Virus record (IMG/VR): IMGVR_UViG_3300014208_000026 | Span: 64,001 to 128,000 of that record | From: a virus | Lineage: Duplodnaviria; Caudoviricetes | DNA: 64,000 nucleotides | Reading direction: 5' to 3' (one strand) | Part shown: positions 48,901-57,161 of the stretch, one piece after another | Numbering within the stretch: position 1 is the first letter of the stretch | How the letters are laid out: every line of letters begins with the position of its first letter | The notes under the pieces: model-generated | Told to the model about the DNA's origin: nothing | Database searches by the model: none | What the model saw: the letters and a program-made list of their open reading frames with translations, nothing else | Made by a program: the position numbers and the translations under genes

Positions 48901-49667
48901 AATCGTTCGGGTTCGACAGGGAGCCGGAGACGTTGCGTTATGCTATGAACGGGGACAATTACGAATCAGTATTGTGTTGGAAGAAAGCGGTGGCTGTGGT
49001 TGAGGATTCTGTTCCCGTTCCCATTCCGTCGGTTCCGAATCAAGTGATTGTTTCCCGTTGTGAAAACTGCGGGATTACGGTTCCTATTGGTGGGATCAAG
49101 GACGGTAAGTGCCCTGAGTGCCGTGTTCCAGGAGGGCACCGGACGTGCTGTAAGGGCTGTGGCGAAGTGTTCCAAGCCGTTCGAAAGGACCGAGAGTTCT
49201 GCGATGAAGCTTGTAGGGCTCGTTGGCGTCGCAGAGAATTCCGCAAAGTCCATCCAGCCAAGACCACCCGCACCTTCACATGCCAGTTCTGTGGCAAGAA
49301 GTGGGAGTCCTCGGAACTTGGATCGCCAAACAAGTGTACCGAGTGTAAGGCCGCCAAGGAACTCGCGAGCCGAACCAAGGTCTGCCAGTACCGTCATTGC
49401 GGCCAGACTTTCGTCGACACGTCGGAAAAGAACAGCATGAGTTACTGTCACGTGGAACACCGCCGCAGAGAGAAGCTTCTTCGTTCCGGAATGGCCCCTG
49501 ATCTGAGCTATTTCACGAAGCCGGATCCCGTGCTCGACACGGCTACTCCTGCAATGCCCGCAAGCACTGACAGCCCGACAAGTCAGCCCAGCGTGTCTGA
49601 CTTGTTTGGCATGCCTCCCCGCTCGGACCCTAAGATCCACAGTTCTGATTCCGACTACTCCATTTAG
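45975..49667 (+). CDS. Fusion protein: two LAGLIDADG endonuclease-like domains with HTHs, an amino-DNA methyltransferase and C-terminal zinc fingers
   Basis: LIGSLLGDG..LAVWYMDDG and CIGTLLGDA..LAYWYFDDG; VWDPCAGYGGR (motif I); FTSPPY (motif IV); many CxxC. Start at ATG 45975 after AAGGAG. Confidence 0.8.
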   Translation: MKLTPEILKDLYLVQLKTETEIAGMFGTSQVQVGRLRKKWGIPTLGKTGRLEKLLPPVLTSEQEEVLIGSLLGDGCLKGISEKTALYTETHGPSQYAYLDWKAEILGPFALSVYPTMKRVGDKEFPGRGFTTHASTVLRPYYDMFYPAPSRKKVFPVDLSKRLTPLALAVWYMDDGSLAGTHTARIAFGLDPLSLERALQALRDLGFNPVAYGKKGNQAIWLTGDTHLFLDLTGKYVSEHMPQKLPCWTERQKGDLNAEKLTPELAAELYSGNSTVEDIAEKFGVGTSTVKRRLRDAETPMRRSGPRDAEPGDTAMQPLRVKPSFQECGVVLPCPDYNGPIDKSNYQWAKKAGLTPDTLRVIYAKYGDEEIAELFGVSGVAVGVQRKKWGIESISARQRRDKVERKGLPSLDNLTPEGLKVLSKTMGDQKIAAMHGVQKPAVSRLREQWDIAATSKSERATSETILTDEQKEACIGTLLGDAHLTESGSLRVSHSHDQIGYLKALRAILVPYARPIHYSESSMPSGQVCFTFGFKTVQHMWLKELRNIFYPEPEKVKVFPESIIRTLTPLSLAYWYFDDGHWGDVLYIALGPISDYEKEYIPVWLKDRFGFDSYIKGKPNCRLLFIRGASHEIFFNLIRNYAIPDMLYKFPPKYRPAGILPIHPVRTTPQIKIPPDLLEGCEDWLSKTSVQQEQTVDDLCGFWRSQGFPHCEIRPEELITLLEVTPDQIIHEGVIRPRQVGQSLCHAFMPHIWKARSRSSEQSPFDLFSDDTTLKGALRYLLEKGSKPTAAGLRGALRYWRYSGVYNFRPSAAKALVDTYCVPGGTVWDPCAGYGGRLLGTLLSRNSPKYIACEPQSETFCRLQELAGWLEKYLPDISSRVQLNHVPAEEFKLPEYVDMVFTSPPYWQQEVYGEEETQSGIRYKTYEAWLEGFWKPVLRQAVAKLKAGGWLVLNVDTFVANHKTYDLPGDTIAICKSFGFDREPETLRYAMNGDNYESVLCWKKAVAVVEDSVPVPIPSVPNQVIVSRCENCGITVPIGGIKDGKCPECRVPGGHRTCCKGCGEVFQAVRKDREFCDEACRARWRRREFRKVHPAKTTRTFTCQFCGKKWESSELGSPNKCTECKAAKELASRTKVCQYRHCGQTFVDTSEKNSMSYCHVEHRRREKLLRSGMAPDLSYFTKPDPVLDTATPAMPASTDSPTSQPSVSDLFGMPPRSDPKIHSSDSDYSI

Positions 49668-49705
49668 GTTCCCTGGCCTCCTGGCACCTAACCTCCGGTT
49701 ATCCG

Positions 49706-49726
49706 CCTATCCTTTCCTCTCTGTAG
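49706..49726 (+). promoter_or_regulatory. Putative late promoter
   Basis: CCTATCC-TTTCCTCTCT-GTAG upstream of 49751. Confidence 0.35.
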
Positions 49727-49750
49727 GGCCACCTCCCGGGTACTTCGTAA

Positions 49751-50905
49751 ATGCTCCTGTCCGACCGAGTTGCTTCTCGCTGGTTATCGGAGATATCGAA
49801 GAGATCTAAAGTGTCTCTCCATGCCCTCTTCTCCCAGGCAGTGGAAACTTACGAAAAAGCCGGTAATCCCGAACCCCTGTTGGCTTTTCTGCCGGTGTTC
49901 AAGACCACTCTTGGCGTAACTGAGACCGCTCAGGAGATCGGGTATTCTCGTTCTATCGGGGCAGATTGGTACTACGCTCTCGGCCCGCAGAAGCGGAACA
50001 AGATTAAAGACGTTGTGCGGACTCTGTTTGACCTCGAACGGAACCTAGGGAGCACGTTCTATACGCATCCGATTCCTTCTACGCTCAAGGCTCTGCAAGG
50101 GCTGGTGCCTACGATGTTGTGGCTGGAAACTCAGGTTCAGGAACAGGACTCTGAAGTTCCTCACGGTCCTTTCGTGCTTGTCCAGATGCCTGGAGTTTCT
50201 CAGAAGGCTTGGGGCGGGGCCCTTGAAGCCCTGGACAAAGCCACCGAACTCATCCGTAAGAAGTTCCCGCAGCTTCTGTACGGTAAGGTGTTCGTCACTC
50301 CTAGCGTCAAGGGCGGTAAGGCGGGGACCGTGGCCATGTACATGCCCTCTACCGATATCATTTACCTGTCTTTGCGGGCTCAGAAGACTGTCGGGGACGT
50401 CCTAGCTTTGGTTCATGAGTTCGGGCACAGGTACGACTATCGGTTCTGGCGGGATAAGGATGCGAAGCAGGAGTTTTTCAGTCTGTCGTCTGACACCGTG
50501 TACGAGAAGATTCCGATAGACCCCGCTCTTAAGAAGAAGCTGGTTGAAGAGTTCCTGGTAGCTATGCGATCGTACCGCTCGGGTAAGAAGCCTGTCCATT
50601 GGTCTGATCTGCTTACGCAGTTCACTCAGGAGTCCAACAAGGATTCTAGGAGGCGGTATATTCTGCGGGACTTGTCACAGAAGGCTATCAAGGGAGGGAC
50701 CGCCGAAGAGAAGGCCCTACGGGACAAGTTCTTGGAGATCGGGCCTAACGAGATCGTGACGGACAAGATTCTTCGGGGACCGCTGGCCGTGACCCCCTAT
50801 GGTGCGACGGATTGGAAAGAGAACTTCTGTGAGGCGTTTGCCCATTTCTTGGTGGGTAAGCCTCTCCCTCCTGAGATTCAGTCTTTCATGGAACATCTGA
50901 AGTAA
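49751..50905 (+). CDS. Zincin metallopeptidase with N-terminal RVASRWL tag
   Basis: LVHEFGHRY..YGATDWKENFCEAFA; paralogous to 18920..20026. Confidence 0.75.
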   Translation: MLLSDRVASRWLSEISKRSKVSLHALFSQAVETYEKAGNPEPLLAFLPVFKTTLGVTETAQEIGYSRSIGADWYYALGPQKRNKIKDVVRTLFDLERNLGSTFYTHPIPSTLKALQGLVPTMLWLETQVQEQDSEVPHGPFVLVQMPGVSQKAWGGALEALDKATELIRKKFPQLLYGKVFVTPSVKGGKAGTVAMYMPSTDIIYLSLRAQKTVGDVLALVHEFGHRYDYRFWRDKDAKQEFFSLSSDTVYEKIPIDPALKKKLVEEFLVAMRSYRSGKKPVHWSDLLTQFTQESNKDSRRRYILRDLSQKAIKGGTAEEKALRDKFLEIGPNEIVTDKILRGPLAVTPYGATDWKENFCEAFAHFLVGKPLPPEIQSFMEHLK

Positions 50906-50986
50906 CCCGTCATTTCTTTTTTATCTCCCAAAAAGCACTCTCTCACCGGTACAGTAAGGCTACTCGCCGATTTTGGGTATACTTAT

Positions 50987-51328
50987 ATGAGCAGGTCGAA
51001 TAAAGTCCAGAACAGCCAAATTGATTGTGAAGTAGCGGTCCCTGACCCTCTGGTTATGGGGGTCTATGCCAATGCATTCCGCGTGGTCGGTGAAGTAGGG
51101 CACGATTGCCTGTTGGATTTTGCTGTCTACTCAGCCGACAAGCAACGAGCGGAGGTTGTGTCGAGGGTACGGGTTCACCGCAGTTTCCTGGCCGACTTGC
51201 ATCGTAGGCTGGGAACGGTGCTTTCGCCGGACGCTTCCGTTTTGCCTGGAGATAGCGATAGCGACTATCCAGACCAAGAAACGGCGGAGGGGATTTTGAT
51301 CATGCCCGGGAGCAGCAAGAAAAACTGA
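50987..51328 (+). CDS. DUF3467-like protein
   Basis: GVYANAFRV...CLLDF..VVSRV pattern. Confidence 0.5.
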   Translation: MSRSNKVQNSQIDCEVAVPDPLVMGVYANAFRVVGEVGHDCLLDFAVYSADKQRAEVVSRVRVHRSFLADLHRRLGTVLSPDASVLPGDSDSDYPDQETAEGILIMPGSSKKN

Positions 51329-51389
51329 GGCTCGGTCGGGCGGTTTGGTGGGTACAGTAGAAAACGAGAACTTGGGAGGAAAGAAGATC

Positions 51390-53024
51390 ATGCCAGTAGC
51401 TATTCAGTTCGTGACCGGACAGTTCCAGGAGTTTCGGGTTGCCAAGGGGTTCCATTTTGGGCCTCTCGCTCGGGACATGGCCCTGGACGAGGTGTTTGAG
51501 TTCGACGGGCGGACTCTCAAGGTTGGCGGTGAGACGTGGCCTGCGGAGAAGCTGAAAGGCGCTATCCTGGCGGGTTGGATTGTGTTGTCCAGCGACGTGG
51601 ATTATGTGCCCCCCCGTCCGCAGCCTGCGGGTGTATCAGTCCGTCCGGCGGACAACAGTGTGAAGGGTAAGGCTCCCTCGGATATGACGACGGTGGGTCA
51701 TGAGGAGCGTGAGGTCGGGCTTCTGAAGGACTTTACGGAGAGAAGCAAAGCGGCACTGACGGGGGCTCAGCAGAAGGCCACGCGGATGGTTGCGGCCCAT
51801 GCCCGTGCGGGGGACACTGCTGAAGAGATCCTGGGCGGTGAGGTTGCTGTCTCGCCTAGGGGTACTTCTAAGTACGCGATGAGTTCGCAGGATGATGAGC
51901 GGCAGGTTCGGCGTTTGACTCCTTGCACCCCGCAGGGGGTTGCGAGGGCGGCGGCAGAAGCGGCCCAGGGGGGTGGCAGGGCTAGGACGGCTTCTCGGAG
52001 CAGCACTATGATTGAACCCCAGGAAGGGGTTCCGGTGCGTTCGGTGACTTCTTTGCGTTCCAAGCAGGACAGCACCCTGATTACCGGCACCTCTGACATT
52101 CAGCGGGGGATTCGGGAAGCCCACGATACGGCTGTGGCCTCTACGACGCAGACGGTTCGTCGAGAGCTTACTCCGCAGGAGTACGCCAAGGTGCTGGCGG
52201 CTCAGAAGGGGAGGGAGGCTGCTTTCAATGCTGCCAAGGCCTCGGGTATGACGGCGGAGCAGGCCAAGGAACTGTTGGCTCAGCACGCTCGGGTTGGGGA
52301 TGATCTGGCTGAGATCATCGATGAGCGCCCTGTTGCTACCGAGGCAAAGCCCGTGCTCGACGCTGCTTACTGGCAGGCCTTGATGAACATGGCCTTCACG
52401 AAGTGTGGCGGGGATCCCGACACTCTCCAGAAGGTCATGGGAATCATCATGCAGTGGCGGGAAGCCGAAAGTGCGGATCCCGACCTGGAGAAGGCGTGGG
52501 CGGCTATCGAGGATATCCTGAATCCTCCGGCGTTCGTGCCCGACGCGGTTTACTGGCAGGGTTTGATGAGCAAGGCGTTCCAGGAGTGTAGCGGGGATCC
52601 TGCCAAGCTTCAGAAAGCCATGGGGCTGATTATGCAGTGGCAGAAGGAAGGTTCGGCGGCTGATCCTGACGTCGGTATGGCGTGGGAGATTGTCGAAGTT
52701 GCCATTGCGGAACCGGATATCGAAGTGGCTCCGGCTTCCTCCCTGCCTCAGGGCGGGGACATTTCTGAAGAGCTTTACGAAGAGGGTGAGCCGGTCGACG
52801 AAGAAAACCATAGCGAGTGGGATACGAACCTCCAGTATGCTAAGCGCATCAAGCTGGCCTTGGAGAAGTTCGGCAATGACCAGAAGGCCCTCACGCACAT
52901 CATCTCCGTAGAGACTCGGGACGGCAACGGTTCCAAGAGTTCGGCGGCTGTGGTTGAAGCCCTCCGCAAGCGTCTTCAGGAGCTTCTGACTTCCGACGTG
53001 GTCATGACCCCCGCCGTTTCCTAG
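51390..53024 (+). CDS. Hypothetical protein with a tandem ~55-aa helical repeat
   Basis: DAAYWQALM..KCGGDP..LQKVMGIIMQW and DAVYWQGLM..ECSGDP..LQKAMGLIMQW; RBS GGAGG. Confidence 0.7.
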   Translation: MPVAIQFVTGQFQEFRVAKGFHFGPLARDMALDEVFEFDGRTLKVGGETWPAEKLKGAILAGWIVLSSDVDYVPPRPQPAGVSVRPADNSVKGKAPSDMTTVGHEEREVGLLKDFTERSKAALTGAQQKATRMVAAHARAGDTAEEILGGEVAVSPRGTSKYAMSSQDDERQVRRLTPCTPQGVARAAAEAAQGGGRARTASRSSTMIEPQEGVPVRSVTSLRSKQDSTLITGTSDIQRGIREAHDTAVASTTQTVRRELTPQEYAKVLAAQKGREAAFNAAKASGMTAEQAKELLAQHARVGDDLAEIIDERPVATEAKPVLDAAYWQALMNMAFTKCGGDPDTLQKVMGIIMQWREAESADPDLEKAWAAIEDILNPPAFVPDAVYWQGLMSKAFQECSGDPAKLQKAMGLIMQWQKEGSAADPDVGMAWEIVEVAIAEPDIEVAPASSLPQGGDISEELYEEGEPVDEENHSEWDTNLQYAKRIKLALEKFGNDQKALTHIISVETRDGNGSKSSAAVVEALRKRLQELLTSDVVMTPAVS

Positions 53025-53045
53025 TCTATAGCTTTCCTCTTGTAG
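53025..53045 (+). promoter_or_regulatory. Putative late promoter
   Basis: TCTATAG-CTTTCCTCTT-GTAG. Confidence 0.45.
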
Positions 53046-53067
53046 GACCTACGAGAGGAAATTTCCA

Positions 53068-53463
53068 GTGAAGCCTGCCAATGCAAGTAGTCAAAGTGCC
53101 TGGGCTCTCCTGACAAACGGAGTGACTTCGGCCAGAGTTAGGACTCACCGTCTCCAGCAGCTTGTCAGTCGAGTGTTGAAGATGATCGAAGATTCGGAGG
53201 AGAAAGAGCATCTCTACGAAGTGGCGGGGGATATTATCATCGCCCTGCCCGAAGGTCTTACGGCGGTAGCTTCCGAGCTGGATCAGACTTCGTACGCTCT
53301 CTCCCTGTTGGGGCAGGAGTTCCTGAAGGATCGGCTCCCCCTGGCAGACAAGAAAGAGATTGAGGACGCGGTGGAGTCTGTTACCATGACTCCCCCAAAG
53401 CAGGATAGCCCTGCTAGCTCCGCTAAGCGGGTTGCCAGTCGATTCCTCAAAGGCCAGGAGTGA
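53068..53463 (+). CDS. Helical hypothetical protein with C-terminal RVASRFL tag
   Basis: Ends SSAKRVASRFLKGQE. Confidence 0.7.
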   Translation: MKPANASSQSAWALLTNGVTSARVRTHRLQQLVSRVLKMIEDSEEKEHLYEVAGDIIIALPEGLTAVASELDQTSYALSLLGQEFLKDRLPLADKKEIEDAVESVTMTPPKQDSPASSAKRVASRFLKGQE

Positions 53464-53469
53464 CTAGCG

Positions 53470-53784
53470 ATGACTGACCCCCACGGGCTCCAATTGGAAC
53501 AAGAGGGCAGGGCCCTTCTTCTGGAGGGAGATGAGGACCTTGTTCTCAGGTTGCGGATCCTCGAAGGGCACTTTGACGACGACGGCAAAGAAATGCGGGT
53601 GATCAAGGTTCTCCTGGTAGGCCCCTTGGAGGGTCCTCTGCACCACAAGCAGATTGCGGAAGAGTTAGTGAATGCGGCTCAAGATGTTTATCAGCGGCAC
53701 ATGGACGATTTCCATCCTACCGAGGGGTTTTCCCAGAAGCTTCTAACGGTGGCCGTTAAACAAGGGGCTGGTAAAAAGAAGTGA
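53470..53784 (+). CDS. Hypothetical protein
   Basis: ORF in operon, overlapping the next start codon. Confidence 0.55.
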   Translation: MTDPHGLQLEQEGRALLLEGDEDLVLRLRILEGHFDDDGKEMRVIKVLLVGPLEGPLHHKQIAEELVNAAQDVYQRHMDDFHPTEGFSQKLLTVAVKQGAGKKK

Positions 53785-55430
53785 GTCGACGTAGAGCCTA
53801 TTCGCCTCCTACCTCTGAGTTGCCTGGGTACAAGACTCTGGTAACGGAGGATTCCGAGAAGGGGTTGCCAGGGACTACCTCTCTGCCTTCTTCCGAAGAT
53901 TCGGGGGGGAAACAGGACCCGGAGCATATCGAGCGGGCTCTTCCTATGCCCCCGAAGCGCCGAAACTTGGAGGTCAAGAAACAGGAGTTCAACACCCCTT
54001 ACCGTCCTGACGACAAACCTGTTCAGCCTCGTACCCGTTCTACTCCCGGGGAAGAGTATGATCATCCTTACATGGAACAGGGGACGGGGATTATTCAGCG
54101 TCGTCCTGGTATCACTGCCGGACTGACTACTCCGTACCCTTCGGCTACGGACAGACAACGTGACCAGAAGGGGGATGCAAAGAGATTTTATCGGCGGAAC
54201 TACCGAAAGAACCGTGGCAAGATTCTCCAGAGGGCCCGAAAGCGGTATCTGAAAATGAAGCACCGTCCTGCATACAAGAGGGACGTCGTAAGGCGTAGGG
54301 ATCATCCTGAGAAGTTCGAGCGGAGACCTTCGGGAGGATTCAGTTCGCCTGCTGAACGGGCTCGGGAACAAAGAGAAGAAGCCAAGAAGGTTGCCTCCCT
54401 ACAGCAGTTGCAGGGACTTTGGTTCAATGACCTTCCCCTTCTTAGCTTGGACGTGGATTCCGACACGGGGGCTGTTCGTTTCACGACTTCAGAAGGCTCT
54501 TACGACCTCCCCCTCGACAGCTTCGTCAATCAGGTGGATTTCGAGTCTCGTGGGATCATGAAAGGGTTCTTTGAGTACGTCGACACTCTCTTCGAATATA
54601 CTGAGAACGGGGACGACGCTTGGTGGCTAGAAGAGGATACTCCTTCTATGGTCGAACGGGTCGCCAGAAAGTACGCGGGAGACGTTATGTTGTTCGACCG
54701 GAAGCCTCCCGAGGATCGGGACGGGGCTGAGATGGACATTCCGAACGGAGGGACTACCTGGGTGGTTCCTACCCACACCCAACCGAACGTGAATGAGAAG
54801 CCGGACAAGCAGATTCCGGCTTACGACTTGAACATAGACCACGAGGTCATGGACAACCCTGGCTCCGCTCGGGTAATCCCTGACAATCACGACTTCGTGA
54901 ACAACAAGGGGGCCTCTGCTGTCCAGAGGTTATCCAAGATTGCTGTTCGAATGGCAGAGATTGTGGAAGCTACGAGTCCGAAGGTTAGAGCAAAGTCCGT
55001 TGGATTGAGGGTCGTGCTTTCCCGAGTGAACCGGAAGAGCTTGTCGTGGCGGTTCACGGTGCAAGGGTCTGACGAGCCTTACACGGTGTTGATGAAGGCT
55101 CTCCCGAAGGGTCCTGGAATACGGAACCTGAAGAACACGGACGTGTTGGTTTCCTGTTCCTGTCCTTTCTGGCGTTGGCAGGGGCCTGAGTATCATGCCA
55201 AGCAGAAGGGTTATCTGTACGGGACGCCTGTTGGAACTGCTTCGACGCCGGATATCAAGGACCCGAACAGGGAACACCTTGCATGTAAACACACAATTGC
55301 CGTCCTGGCTTTCGCTGAGAACTACCGACTGCCTGGACGCGATTGGAAACTAGGGTCGGTGCTAATCGACCTGGAACGGGTTTGGAGAATCGCGGCTCGC
55401 GTTGCCGGCCGGTATAATAGAGGGGAGTGA
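53781..55430 (+). CDS. Multi-domain protein with a C-terminal SWIM zinc finger and RVAGRY tag
   Basis: VSCSCPFWRWQ...ACKH is the SWIM CxC..CxH pattern. Confidence 0.7.
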   Translation: MSRRRAYSPPTSELPGYKTLVTEDSEKGLPGTTSLPSSEDSGGKQDPEHIERALPMPPKRRNLEVKKQEFNTPYRPDDKPVQPRTRSTPGEEYDHPYMEQGTGIIQRRPGITAGLTTPYPSATDRQRDQKGDAKRFYRRNYRKNRGKILQRARKRYLKMKHRPAYKRDVVRRRDHPEKFERRPSGGFSSPAERAREQREEAKKVASLQQLQGLWFNDLPLLSLDVDSDTGAVRFTTSEGSYDLPLDSFVNQVDFESRGIMKGFFEYVDTLFEYTENGDDAWWLEEDTPSMVERVARKYAGDVMLFDRKPPEDRDGAEMDIPNGGTTWVVPTHTQPNVNEKPDKQIPAYDLNIDHEVMDNPGSARVIPDNHDFVNNKGASAVQRLSKIAVRMAEIVEATSPKVRAKSVGLRVVLSRVNRKSLSWRFTVQGSDEPYTVLMKALPKGPGIRNLKNTDVLVSCSCPFWRWQGPEYHAKQKGYLYGTPVGTASTPDIKDPNREHLACKHTIAVLAFAENYRLPGRDWKLGSVLIDLERVWRIAARVAGRYNRGE

Positions 55431-55454
55431 TCAACTCCCAAGGACCTTTCAAAA

Positions 55455-55853
55455 ATGCCAGTCTACGAATTCAAGTGCCAGAACGAAGAGTGTGCTTCTG
55501 ATTTCGAGGTTGTTCTCAAACTTTCCGCTTACGACACACCTCAGGTCTGTCCGGAGTGTGGTTGCGAAAAGACGCAGCGGAAGATTTCCAATGTGGGATT
55601 CATCTTGCAAGGTCCTGGCTGGCCCAGCAAAGCGGACCGCGTGAACAAGCAAATGCTCGCTCGACGGGAGAAGGTCGGACGAAGAGAGAACCAGTTGAGG
55701 AACGAGGCTCCTGGTGTGGCTCTGGTACCTAATGTCGACGGGGAGCGGACGGATTCCTGGTCTGAGGCTCAGAAGTTGGCCAAGGATAAGGGTAAGGATA
55801 CTAAGAGCTACACTCCGATGATCGAGAAAGAGAAGGCCAAGAAGCTCATCTAG
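55455..55853 (+). CDS. FmdB-family zinc ribbon protein
   Basis: MPVYEFKC..C..FE...CPECG..TQRKIS..GFIL.G.GW. Confidence 0.85.
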   Translation: MPVYEFKCQNEECASDFEVVLKLSAYDTPQVCPECGCEKTQRKISNVGFILQGPGWPSKADRVNKQMLARREKVGRRENQLRNEAPGVALVPNVDGERTDSWSEAQKLAKDKGKDTKSYTPMIEKEKAKKLI

Positions 55854-55873
55854 TCGGACAGCCCCCTTTTTTC

Positions 55874-55895
55874 CCTATAGAGCCTGTCTGGGTAG
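55874..55895 (+). promoter_or_regulatory. Putative late promoter
   Basis: T-tract then CCTATAG-N11-GTAG. Confidence 0.5.
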
Positions 55896-55923
55896 TGGAT
55901 CTAACTACCTGGAGACGATTCAA

Positions 55924-56373
55924 ATGGCTACTCTGAGAAGTGCGTGTGTGAAGTTGGCTTACGAGAATCCGGAACTTCGTCCTCTGTTGATGCCTTTGAT
56001 CAAGTTGGCAGGGAATCCGCCTAAGTACCAGGACTATGCGAAGGATAAGCAGAAGGCCGGAGAGAAGCCGTTGGACAAGGATGTCTGGGAGAGGAAGGTT
56101 CTCCACAAGAAGGGCCCTGTTAGTCCCTCCGGTCAGACGAAGGTAAAGATCCCCTGGGAGTTAGAGGATGTTCTGCACGAGTGGGGTGGCACAGGAGGCC
56201 CTCTGGATGATTTGGTTTCCAATAGGGCCATCACGTCTGACTCGCTGGACAGGGCAGTCAAGCACATCAAAAAGACATTGGCAGATCCGGATACCTCAAA
56301 AGGGGAGATTCGAGCTTTGAATAAGGCCATGCAGCTACTGAAGCCCGTTTTGGACAAGCACGAAAAGAAGTAA
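55924..56373 (+). CDS. Hypothetical protein with N-terminal PELR leader
   Basis: MATLRSACVKLAYENPELRPLLMPLIKLAG. Confidence 0.75.
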   Translation: MATLRSACVKLAYENPELRPLLMPLIKLAGNPPKYQDYAKDKQKAGEKPLDKDVWERKVLHKKGPVSPSGQTKVKIPWELEDVLHEWGGTGGPLDDLVSNRAITSDSLDRAVKHIKKTLADPDTSKGEIRALNKAMQLLKPVLDKHEKK

Positions 56374-56385
56374 CTCGTTTTTCAG

Positions 56386-56406
56386 CCTATGGGCGCTCTT
56401 AGGTAG
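56386..56406 (+). promoter_or_regulatory. Putative late promoter
   Basis: CCTATGG-N10-GTAG. Confidence 0.45.
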
Positions 56407-56427
56407 AGACTGTGTGAGGGCTTCGAA

Positions 56428-57117
56428 GTGTTGAACGTCGTTCAAAGACTTCCGAACTTTGTGGATCTGGCGATCCCGCGTAAAGCGGGGGTTACAGAGT
56501 ACCGTATCTCAGGGCACTATGACTTGGACACGGCTTTTTCGGCGCCGGTCCCTTTCATCACGATTGCTGCAGGCGGAAGTTTCCGGTCCCCTGCTCTGTG
56601 CAAAACGAAGAGGGGTCAGATCGCTGAATCGAATCGCGGGCTCACTCGTGTCAAGTTTGACCCCGACGATTATGCAAATCCCGTGACGGGACTTCCGGCT
56701 GACCCTGAGACAATTTATCTGGTGTTGGAAGAGTGGTCTACTGCCGCAGGTGCCTGGGTTCGCGATGGGGGTGTAAAGATCGTGCCCTGGGTGGGGTTCT
56801 TCAACACCCCCAGGCCTCTGTTGACGTACCAAGGGACTGCTCCTGTTGTGGCTGGGGTGACTATCGGGGATCTACCTCCCGTGGGTTCTTTGTGGGTTAC
56901 CATGCCCCGTATGACACGGTGGGGCAAGCTCCGGAACCAGGACGAGGATGTTACGCTGCTTTTCTCTCAGAGCCCCACGGAACAGCTTATTGAGCTGGAT
57001 CCCGAGGAACATTTTGAGTTCTTCGAATCGGGGCCGAAAGAGATTTTGCTGGTGTCCGGTGGGCCGACTGCGGTGAGCTTCACTGCAAGGTTTGCCATCG
57101 AGAATGGTGGTCAATAG
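56428..57117 (+). CDS. Hypothetical, probably structural protein
   Basis: Beta-rich ORF in a run of structural-type genes. Confidence 0.6.
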   Translation: MLNVVQRLPNFVDLAIPRKAGVTEYRISGHYDLDTAFSAPVPFITIAAGGSFRSPALCKTKRGQIAESNRGLTRVKFDPDDYANPVTGLPADPETIYLVLEEWSTAAGAWVRDGGVKIVPWVGFFNTPRPLLTYQGTAPVVAGVTIGDLPPVGSLWVTMPRMTRWGKLRNQDEDVTLLFSQSPTEQLIELDPEEHFEFFESGPKEILLVSGGPTAVSFTARFAIENGGQ

Positions 57118-57121
57118 TTGG

Positions 57122-57142
57122 CCTATAGTTGCCATGTAGTAG
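57122..57142 (+). promoter_or_regulatory. Putative late promoter
   Basis: CCTATAG-N10-GTAG. Confidence 0.5.
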
Positions 57143-57161
57143 AGAACTGACCGAGAGGTGA

